Assembly (NCBI GenBank): GCA_963767925.1
Contig: CAVYGB010000002.1
Location: forward strand, 1,312,001-1,376,000
Source: an uncultured delta proteobacterium
Lineage (GTDB): Bacteria; Myxococcota_A; Polyangia; Fen-1088
Length of the DNA: 64,000 nucleotides
Direction of reading: 5' to 3'
The notes beneath the pieces are model-generated. The model saw only the letters and a program-made list of their open reading frames with translations. It ran no database searches and had not been told where the DNA came from. Positions 1 to 7,640 of this stretch are shown here, in pieces. The position numbers and the translations under genes were made by a program. Within the stretch, counting starts at the first letter, position 1. Every line of letters starts with the position of its first letter.

Positions 1-83
1 TGACTATAGCGATATAGGGGTGGTAGAGTTCGCGCGCCTCGACACAGAGGCGCTTTTTTCGTAACCACCAGGAGAACAGGTAA

Positions 84-575
84 ATGGAGCCGACTTTCCG
101 CGTGGGGGACCTGGCCGTCTATCCGGCACATGGCGTGGCACAGATCATCGGTGTCGAAACGCGCGAGATCTCGTCGAGCAAGCAGACCTTCTACATCCTG
201 AAGATCCTCGACAACGGGATGAAGATCATGATCCCGACGAAGAACGCCGCCGCCGTCGGCCTGCGCGAGCTCATCCGCGAGGAAGAGGTCGACGAGGTCT
301 TCGAGATCCTGAAGAGCCGGGAAGTCGCCGTCGAGGGCCAGACCTGGAACCGCCGCTACCGCGAGTACATGGAGAAGATCAAGACCGGCTCGGTCTTCGA
401 GATCGCCGAGGTCCTCCGCGACCTCCAGCGCCTCAAGGGCGACAAGGAGCTCTCCTTCGGCGAGCGCAAGATGCTCGACACCGCGCGCACCCTCCTCGTA
501 AAGGAGATCGCCGTGGCCACCAAGTCGAAGGAAGTAAAGATCGAGGAGAAGCTGAACCGCATCTTCGCCTGCTGA
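84..575 (+). CDS. cdnL: CarD/CdnL-family RNA polymerase-binding transcription factor
   Basis: F.VGD.AVYPAHGV N-terminus, WNRRYREY motif and LSFGERKML; no HMGA-like tail, so CdnL-type; GGAG RBS upstream. Confidence 0.93.
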   Translation: MEPTFRVGDLAVYPAHGVAQIIGVETREISSSKQTFYILKILDNGMKIMIPTKNAAAVGLRELIREEEVDEVFEILKSREVAVEGQTWNRRYREYMEKIKTGSVFEIAEVLRDLQRLKGDKELSFGERKMLDTARTLLVKEIAVATKSKEVKIEEKLNRIFAC

Positions 576-596
576 CCGTCGCGGCATCGCCCGCCC

Positions 597-633
597 GCAA
601 ACCCCGGAGTGTTCCTCCGGGGTTTTTGCATTT
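597..633 (+). terminator. Intrinsic terminator after cdnL
   Basis: AAACCCCGGAG-tgttc-CTCCGGGGTTT stem followed by a T-rich tail. Confidence 0.8.
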
Positions 634-687
634 CGGGGGCAAGGGAGCGACGGGGCGTCCTGAGGAGTTGGACGCAACGACAGGAGT

Positions 688-731
688 GCCTCGTGACTCC
701 GCGGACATAGGGGCCTCGTGACTCCGCGGAC
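688..731. repeat. 19-bp direct repeat, 2 copies (GCCTCGTGACTCCGCGGAC)
   Basis: Copies at 688-706 and 713-731. Confidence 0.85.
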
Positions 732-739
732 GGCTCACC

Positions 740-867
740 TCTGCGCAGGGAAACGGTGAAGTCAGCGATTTACCGCGCGGTCGCTCGGGCCATTTCCATA
801 GCATCTGCGCAGGGAAACGGTGAAGTCAGCGATTTACCGCGCGGTCGCTCGGGCCATTTCCATAGCA
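740..867. repeat. 64-bp perfect tandem duplication
   Basis: TCTGCGCAGGGAAACGGTGAAG...CATTTCCATAGCA at 740-803 and 804-867. Confidence 0.9.
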
Positions 868-1185
868 GGGGAGGGGAGGGCCCCGGAGTCCACGGCGCTC
901 GCGTCCGACCTCGACGGCCCGGCCGGGTAAACCAATCGAGTTTCGGGTTGCCAGGTGATCCCGATCGCACAGGACACCCACGCCAAACGTCTCCGTCCCG
1001 CGCCCGTCGCCACGACCGTCGCGCTTCGGCAACCCGCTTGCGTCGACTCCGCCGGCCGGGCTAAGACTCTCCGCGGGAAGATAATCTGTTCCCATCCGCC
1101 AGCGGCGACACCCACTGACTGACAGCACGAAGTCCGTCCGCGCGGCCACCAGCCAGTGATTCACCCCCGCGCTCAAGGAGGCACC

Positions 1186-2172
1186 TTGAATTCCGCACCT
1201 CTTTCTCCCTCGCTTCCCGCACCTCCTGTCGGCCTCAGGTCACTGGCGGGAATCCTCCTGCTCTTCGGTGCTCTGACCTGCTCCCCCGACTACGAGAGCG
1301 GCGTAACCGCTTGTGCGGCCACAGAACCGAAATGCCCGGCGGGGTTCTTCTGCAGCGGCATCCGGTGCTACGCACTCGGCACACCCGGAGTCAACCCCAG
1401 CGGCGAAGGTGGATCGAGCACCGTCGGCACCGGCGGCGCATCCGGCATGGGCGCTGCCCCGGCCACCAGCGGACGCGGCGGCGGATCGAACCCACCACCA
1501 CCGGAGCCCACCGGCTCTGGCGGACGCGGCGGCAGCAGCCTCCCGCCCACCGTCGGCGGGAGCACACCGCCGCCTCCGTCTGGCGGCACGACACAGCCGC
1601 CCGCAACGCCTCCCGGAATGGCCGCCCGCTGCGGAGCCAAAGTCGCGGCGGACACTTGCGACACCTGCATATTCACGATGTGCTGCCCCCAGCTGCAGGG
1701 ATGTTTCGATACGAGGGAGTGCCCCGCCTTCCTCGCCTGCCTCCGGGACTGCAACAACAACGACGTCTGCCTCGAGATGTGCATCCAGAGCAACCCCAAC
1801 GGGGCCCGCCTAGGAACCGACTATCTTCGCTGCCAGGGAAAGTGCTCCAGCCAGTGCGGCGGCGGCTCCGCACCACCAGCAATGCCCCCACCCGGCCAGG
1901 CCCCGCCTGCCATGCCGCCGGGCGCACCCGCCATGTGCGGCGGAGCGTCCGCGACCAGTCCCTGCAGCCAGTGCGGTTTCGCCGGCTGCTGCTCGGAGAT
2001 CCAGACCTGCCTCGGCAACGCCGCCTGCGCGGCCATCGTGAACTGCCTCCCCGACTGCATGAGCGACCAAGCCTGCCGAGACCAGTGCCTGACCACCAAC
2101 TCCGCCGCAGTCCCCCTCTTCAACCGCTTCGCGCAGTGCCTCAGCGACAAGTGCACAAAGGCCTGCAGCTGA
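1186..2172 (+). CDS. Cys-rich exported/lipoprotein with Gly/Pro linker and two tandem Cys-rich domains
   Basis: GGAGG RBS then TTG at 1186; hydrophobic segment ending ALTC; two C..C....CC.....C-type domains. Confidence 0.75.
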   Translation: MNSAPLSPSLPAPPVGLRSLAGILLLFGALTCSPDYESGVTACAATEPKCPAGFFCSGIRCYALGTPGVNPSGEGGSSTVGTGGASGMGAAPATSGRGGGSNPPPPEPTGSGGRGGSSLPPTVGGSTPPPPSGGTTQPPATPPGMAARCGAKVAADTCDTCIFTMCCPQLQGCFDTRECPAFLACLRDCNNNDVCLEMCIQSNPNGARLGTDYLRCQGKCSSQCGGGSAPPAMPPPGQAPPAMPPGAPAMCGGASATSPCSQCGFAGCCSEIQTCLGNAACAAIVNCLPDCMSDQACRDQCLTTNSAAVPLFNRFAQCLSDKCTKACS

Positions 2173-2283
2173 GCTGAACAGCCCCTGTTTCGTTAACCGC
2201 GGTCGAGCGGACGCCCCGGTCGCGCGCGCGACCCCACTACCCCGTCGACCGCGGTCGCGGCCCCGCTTCCGAGCACGGATCAT

Positions 2284-3492
2284 ATGCCCGAAGTCGTCGC
2301 GAACTCTCCTCCGCAAAGGACCACCATGCCTCCTCAGGTCATCTCGTGGCCAGCGTTGACGGTAGCAGCGGGTCTCCTCCTGATCATCCAACCGGCGTGC
2401 TCGGGGACAGACAGCACGGGTGCAGTGGGCACGGTCTCCTGTTCCTGCACGACCACGGGTGCTTGCGATCCCGGCCTGGTCTGTAGATCGAGCCTCTGCG
2501 TGGCCGACAGCCCCGCTGAGGGCAACGGCGCTACCGCCGGCATCACCCCGCCGCCCGAGAGGTCGATGAACGGCCCCCTCGAACCCTACCGAGGGGAGAG
2601 GTTTTCATTCGCCCGGCCCGTGGGGTGGCAGGTCATGGACGGACCTAACAATGGCCAGGACGGAAGGGAGGACAAGATGTTCATTTACCCCGAACCGGCG
2701 AGGGCAGGGGTTGGCTTCATTCGCCTCACCGCCGCGACTGTCCCATGGCACACGAACTCCCAAGCCAACGACCGCCTCGAGTACGTCCTCCGCGCTGGTG
2801 ACCAGACGGCGATCAGGCGACAGAGCTGCTGCACGGTATCCTTCTCCCACTGGTCCATGGCCATCGTCGACACCGGCAAGACCGGCTACAACCGCTTCCT
2901 GATGGTCCTGGCCAACAGCAACCGTCTCGGCTTCGAAAGTACGACTGCCGTCGAATCCCTGATCCAGGTCACCGCCGTCTCGATCGAAAAACTCGAGGAG
3001 GGCGCCCTGTGGATCGCCCTCAACATCGCCCAGAGCGTCGGCCCTCCGAACAGCTCCACCGCGGCGCTCGTTCATGGAACCTGGGAGAGCGTCCAGGGCG
3101 ACGGAACCGACTTCTTCGATGCCAGCGGCACCTTCATCGCAGGTAACACACACGGCGAATATCGCCTGTACAAGTTCCTCCCGAGTCGGCAGTACGAAAT
3201 CACCTCCGCCGTCGCCTTCCAGGGCCCCGTCACGACCAACGAAGCCATCGTCATCGACGAAGCCGGCCGCTACTCCCTGGACAGCGGCGTTCTAGCCCTC
3301 ACCCACCAAACTTGCATCGGGAGACAGTACAAGGACGGCGCCATGACTTTCCGCGGAGCCTGCGGCGAGGGAACGTCACCCTGGATTCTCCGAGTCGAAC
3401 CGCACTCTAACGGAGCCTTCCAGATGACCGGCGTCGCCTTAAACCCCGCCGGCTGGAACCGCCCCCAACTCATTGTTCCGTCGAGGAAGTAA
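2284..3492 (+). CDS. Lipoprotein with N-terminal Cys module and uncharacterised body (paralogue of 7637..9661)
   Basis: Hydrophobic stretch ending QPAC; CSCTTTGACDPGLVCRSSLC module; start could be a later ATG. Confidence 0.7.
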   Translation: MPEVVANSPPQRTTMPPQVISWPALTVAAGLLLIIQPACSGTDSTGAVGTVSCSCTTTGACDPGLVCRSSLCVADSPAEGNGATAGITPPPERSMNGPLEPYRGERFSFARPVGWQVMDGPNNGQDGREDKMFIYPEPARAGVGFIRLTAATVPWHTNSQANDRLEYVLRAGDQTAIRRQSCCTVSFSHWSMAIVDTGKTGYNRFLMVLANSNRLGFESTTAVESLIQVTAVSIEKLEEGALWIALNIAQSVGPPNSSTAALVHGTWESVQGDGTDFFDASGTFIAGNTHGEYRLYKFLPSRQYEITSAVAFQGPVTTNEAIVIDEAGRYSLDSGVLALTHQTCIGRQYKDGAMTFRGACGEGTSPWILRVEPHSNGAFQMTGVALNPAGWNRPQLIVPSRK

Positions 3493-3561
3493 CACGTGCC
3501 ATTTCGGTCATCAGGGTTGGTGGTCTCCTCGCTTGCGGGTCTCTTTAACACCATCTTGTGG

Positions 3562-3700
3562 CTCGACGGTGGGATCGCCGAGGAGCTGGTGCCAGTGCTT
3601 GGGGTCGACCTGGCTGGTCATGATGGTGGCGCGGTTGCCGCAGCGGTCCTCCAGGACCTCGAGCAGGTCGTTCTTCTCGGTCTCACGCGGGGCCGTCAGC
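3562..3700 (-). mobile_element. istB: IS21-family IstB (helper ATPase) C-terminal remnant
   Basis: DLLEVLEDRCGNRATIMTSQVDPKHWHQLLGDPT resembles the IstB LLE.LEDRY...STI.TSQ.P...WH...GDPT motif; no Walker A and no istA; boundaries approximate. Confidence 0.75.
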
Positions 3701-3921
3701 TCGGCAGACATACTCAGCCGTCGAAGAGGGGGCTGTGTCCACACAGGCCCCCGGGCGCCTAAGTCCCTCTCGCCCTCTCGCTCCTCCCACCAATCTTCGG
3801 GGCGTACACGTCTTCGGGGCATACCCGCGGCTCTCGCCTCTTACCGTTCAATCCCGTGAGGGCCGTCGATGCGCCGGCGCCGCTTGTCCACAAAACGCCC
3901 AAAGGAGTGTCGCACAGGCCC

Positions 3922-3961
3922 CGAAAGAAGAGCCCCTGACGGCCAAATGGCGTCAGGGGCT
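3922..3961 (-). terminator. Intrinsic terminator downstream of the needle-like gene
   Basis: AGCCCCTGACG...CGTCAGGGGCT 11-bp stem (3931-3961), followed on the minus strand by CTTCTTTCG. Confidence 0.7.
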
Positions 3962-3983
3962 GGATTCTCTGCCTCTTCGGCCT

Positions 3984-4469
3984 TCAAACTCGAAGATTCT
4001 GCTGAAGAGCTTTGTTGGTCTCGTGCTTCGCCTGGGCCAACTGACTCTGCAGAGTGATTGCACTGTGCCACATCTGCATAGACTCCTGCTGCTTCATCAT
4101 CTCTAGCTGAAAAAGCTTGTTCGGGTCACCCGCCGCCATCTCTTCCAACTTGGCGAATCGGTCTCCGCCTCCACCAAGAGGCCCTTCTAGCTCGCCCCCA
4201 CCGAAACCAGCACCTCCTGCTCCTGCTCCTGCTCCTGCTTGTCCCTGCCGCGACGGTGCTTCCGGCTCGGTCTGGAAGAAACCCTTGGCGGCCTCTTTGA
4301 GGTTCGGCGCGACGTCGACTACGTCCTGCGCCAGCCCGAGCCAATTTCCCGTCGCGGCGTTAACGACTCCGCTCGCGATGTCGCCCACGCCTTCGGGAAA
4401 TCCAAGGGCGTCAAAAACGCCTTCCGCTACGCTACCGAGGCCGCCGGTGATCTTGTCCAAAAAGCCCAT
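3984..4469 (-). CDS. T3SS needle/pilus (SctF)-like protein with N-terminal Gly-rich extension
   Basis: C-terminus QESMQMWHSAITLQSQLAQAKHETNKALQQNLRV aligns without gaps to the PrgI C-terminal helix (recalled from memory); GGAG RBS; no signal peptide. Confidence 0.6.
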   Translation of the reverse strand: MGFLDKITGGLGSVAEGVFDALGFPEGVGDIASGVVNAATGNWLGLAQDVVDVAPNLKEAAKGFFQTEPEAPSRQGQAGAGAGAGGAGFGGGELEGPLGGGGDRFAKLEEMAAGDPNKLFQLEMMKQQESMQMWHSAITLQSQLAQAKHETNKALQQNLRV

Positions 4470-4511
4470 TTTTATCTCCCTCTATTCGACTTTCGTTTTG
4501 TCCAATCGACG

Positions 4512-4871
4512 CTACTGAGAGGCGTTCTGCTTGGCCTCTTGAACCGCTCGAGCAAACTGAAGCAGCTCTTCTCTCATCTTGCGAATGTTCTCGTTCGCCG
4601 GATCGATACCGTGTGCCGTCTCCAACAGGACCAACGCTTCCTTGAACTGGTTCTGCTTCCGAAGCATCGTCGCATAGAGGCCGAGCGACCAAGCATCCTT
4701 GCTCTCAACGGCCAGAACCCCTTTCAACAGCTTCTGAGCGTCCTCGTACCGTTCCGCCTGGTATAAGTTGTACGCTGTCTGACGCATTTCTTGGAGAAGC
4801 GCGGGGGGAGCATCTACGACGTCCTTGACCGTCAGTGCACCCCAGGCGGGCTGTTCGCGAGCGTTGTCCAT
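4512..4871 (-). CDS. SycD/LcrH-like TPR type III secretion chaperone
   Basis: 119 aa from ATG at 4871 (AAGGA RBS); LTVKDVV...LQEMRQTAYNLYQAERYEDAQKLL...LGL resembles the SycD first TPR. Confidence 0.68.
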   Translation of the reverse strand: MDNAREQPAWGALTVKDVVDAPPALLQEMRQTAYNLYQAERYEDAQKLLKGVLAVESKDAWSLGLYATMLRKQNQFKEALVLLETAHGIDPANENIRKMREELLQFARAVQEAKQNASQ

Positions 4872-4913
4872 TGCCTTGTCCTTTCGTTCCGTTCCGTTCC
4901 TGAAAGCCAGTCC

Positions 4914-4941
4914 CTTATCGGGCCGGCCGGCGGACAGTTGC
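4914..4941 (-). promoter_or_regulatory. Putative sigma28 (FliA/WhiG)-like promoter GCAAC-N14-CCCGATAAG
   Basis: -10 element close to GCCGATAA; same motif and spacing as 17620-17647; ~43 nt upstream of the ATG. Confidence 0.5.
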
Positions 4942-5010
4942 GTGTGCGAAGAGGACGGATGCCGAATATTTCGTCCCTTCTCGCAACCCCCTGTAACCCT
5001 TGAGTTTACC

Positions 5011-6675
5011 TCAACCTCCGGCCGAACAAAAACGCCCAAGCCGCCTGGCCAGCCGTAACTGTTCTCCAGCACGCTTGGCGCTCATGAGATTGAGCACATG
5101 CCGCTGCATCTCGAGGAGTGCGTCCCGGTGACCCCCCTTGACATCGCCCTCAAGTCCTGCTGTGAGACCGCGTAGAGCGGGCCCCAGTTCTCCCCTGCGG
5201 ATGAACGTGTAAGCAAGATTCAGATTTGTCTGCGGATCCGAAGGATCAATCCCCTGCGCGCAAACATAAGCCTCATGCGCCTCCCCGAACCGCGCTAGCG
5301 AATAGAGGAGGTCCCCACGAATGTTCCAAAGCCAGGCGCTGTACCAACGATTCAGACGCAGCGCCGCCCCGACCCACTCCAGTCCCAAATCCCGCTCCTC
5401 CGCCTGATTGGCAACCATCGCTGCCTCACCGAGCAGCGCCCAGTCTCTAGGACTCTCCAACAACGCCGCGCGATAAGACTCGAGCCCTTCTCTTAGTCGT
5501 CCCATCTTCAGGTTCTCCCGAGACCGCCTCAATGATAGGGCACGCCGCCGGCCAGACGCGGAGTCAAAAAGCCTCCCGAACGCCAAGGCTGTCAATCGCA
5601 ACTCTCGACGGGTGACGAGCCTGGAGTGAACCGCTTGCTCATCGTCTCCTACAGGACTCGATACGGTCAACGCCTGTCCGACCAACGTGTCTTCCAGCAC
5701 AGGGAAATTCACACCCATCGCCGAGGTAACACCAAAGCGCTCGGCCGTGAGTGGTCGCCCCGACGAGGACGACCGCGTGACACCGTAGTCGTTGATGAGA
5801 ATGAAACCATCATCGGATATAGCCTGCGCGACTCCCGACAGATACTCGAACGCTCCGAAATTCCATGCAGCAGCTTCGCCCTCGCGAAGGTCCGTTGCCA
5901 GCCGAGAAACCCCGGGGATCTGGCCAACACCGTCGACCCGAAAATCCATCTGATAGTCAAAAAGCGTGAGAAGCGGGAACAGCTTCTCGAGGTCCTGAGA
6001 GTCACCCGATACGGCGACGGCTCTAATGTCATCGACACACATTCCAGTAAAGGACCGAACTACCTCTGAGTCGTCTATCAACTCGGTGCGAATGCAGAGT
6101 TGCTCGATAACACCAGCAGTGGTCTTACGCACCAACGCCGCCGGAAGAACACACAGAAGATAGTTGCAGAAAACAGCGCGAACGCCGGTCTCAACCCTCA
6201 ATACGCTCCGAGCATCGGCCAAGTGAGCCCGCACATGGCCTCGATGACTCTCAAACAACTTCATCTTCCCCCATTGTTCAAGAGTCGCCGGAGAACCATC
6301 GGTCACGACGAACTGAAGACGCTCGTAGAAATCCTCTTGGGCGTCATCACAGAGGGCCCGGAACGCGTCCAAAAAGTGAAGTGCAAAGAGACCAGTGCCT
6401 GCACCGTGTTCCACCACCGTGATCACTCCACTTGGCCTCGTTTCCCGAAGGTTCGCTAGAAGCAGACGTGCCGCATCCTCGGAAAGACGGCCGCTGTTGT
6501 TAACCCGATAGGGAACCTCTTTCCGGATGAAGGGTTTCACGCCTTCCAGGCGCCAGTAGAGCTCAGAAACTCGCCATTCGAGACACTCGCTTATGGGTCG
6601 AAAATCCTCGATGAGTCGAGCGCCGCGAGGGTCCTCCACCCGCTGCGGGCCCCTACATTTCGCCTCCATTGTCAT
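5011..6675 (-). CDS. MidA/NDUFAF7-like SAM-dependent methyltransferase with C-terminal TPRs
   Basis: VVEHGAGTG SAM motif, FYERLQFVVTDGSP and GFILINDYG; TPR-like helices at the C-terminus. Confidence 0.7.
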   Translation of the reverse strand: MTMEAKCRGPQRVEDPRGARLIEDFRPISECLEWRVSELYWRLEGVKPFIRKEVPYRVNNSGRLSEDAARLLLANLRETRPSGVITVVEHGAGTGLFALHFLDAFRALCDDAQEDFYERLQFVVTDGSPATLEQWGKMKLFESHRGHVRAHLADARSVLRVETGVRAVFCNYLLCVLPAALVRKTTAGVIEQLCIRTELIDDSEVVRSFTGMCVDDIRAVAVSGDSQDLEKLFPLLTLFDYQMDFRVDGVGQIPGVSRLATDLREGEAAAWNFGAFEYLSGVAQAISDDGFILINDYGVTRSSSSGRPLTAERFGVTSAMGVNFPVLEDTLVGQALTVSSPVGDDEQAVHSRLVTRRELRLTALAFGRLFDSASGRRRALSLRRSRENLKMGRLREGLESYRAALLESPRDWALLGEAAMVANQAEERDLGLEWVGAALRLNRWYSAWLWNIRGDLLYSLARFGEAHEAYVCAQGIDPSDPQTNLNLAYTFIRRGELGPALRGLTAGLEGDVKGGHRDALLEMQRHVLNLMSAKRAGEQLRLARRLGRFCSAGG

Positions 6676-6860
6676 TTCACCTCGCTCTCCTCTCGTCGGG
6701 CCGGCACGCGTCGCGCCGCGCTCTTCATGTGAGCTGCCTCGTCAGGACACTACACCAGCCCAGCGTGTCATTAAGCCTTGACTTGTGTCGTGCGCCAGGA
6801 TATTCGAAGAGGCCCGGAAACGCGCCACTTCTCTTCACCGCTCCACTGCGAGGAATGGAA

Positions 6861-7640
6861 ATGTCTACAGCTCTAGGGACGAGATGTACGGCTCTGCTTG
6901 CGATCGCGTGCGTCGCCACCCTCCCATCGATCGCCCAAGGACAGTACGCAGGGCCCGACGGCTATCTTTGGAACAACCCCGTGTCAGCCTCAGCGGCGCT
7001 ATTTATCCAGCAGAGCATCATGTCTGAGACCATGGGTTTGGGCGCCAATGCCAAGCAGCGCCTTCTAGGAGACACGGCTAAGCGCCGCAGTCCTTCCTCC
7101 CATCGCCAACCAGGCGGTACGACAGCATTTACGCCGAGACGCCATACCGTTCTGGACCAATTCACAGGCACCCGAAGAGACCAAGCAACCAAACTCTTGG
7201 ACGACTGTCAAAAGGTGTATGCCAAAACCTTAGCGCTGACAGGAGCGGCCCAGCCCTCCGAACTCAATGACCTCTCAACTTCGACCGCCTTCTACTTCAT
7301 CATCGCTCACTATATCTATTGGCAGGGTCAATCCCAGGTTCCTGCGGACCCTCAGCCCGCGCATTTTCAGACTCTCCGAAACAAACTCCGCGTCCGGTAT
7401 GTCTCCAACGGAAGTATGATTGGTAAGAGCGACACCGAAAAGCAAGCCGCTCACGACAGCTTGGTTCTTTCCGCTTGCATACCCATGGTGCAATTCACTC
7501 AGGCCAAGAAGGCGAACAGCGAGCCAGGCAAACAAACGGCGCGAAAGGCCGCCGCAGACCTGCTAACCAGGCTCGGTCTTTCTCCGAATGCGATGCGATT
7601 TCAGCCCGACGGTACCGTCCTCATTCGTGGTATCGATTGA
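6861..7640 (+). CDS. Exported helical protein (DUF6683-like)
   Basis: Signal peptide ending AQG; NDL....AFY....Y.Y and SD.EKQ patterns; family call tentative. Confidence 0.55.
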   Translation: MSTALGTRCTALLAIACVATLPSIAQGQYAGPDGYLWNNPVSASAALFIQQSIMSETMGLGANAKQRLLGDTAKRRSPSSHRQPGGTTAFTPRRHTVLDQFTGTRRDQATKLLDDCQKVYAKTLALTGAAQPSELNDLSTSTAFYFIIAHYIYWQGQSQVPADPQPAHFQTLRNKLRVRYVSNGSMIGKSDTEKQAAHDSLVLSACIPMVQFTQAKKANSEPGKQTARKAAADLLTRLGLSPNAMRFQPDGTVLIRGID

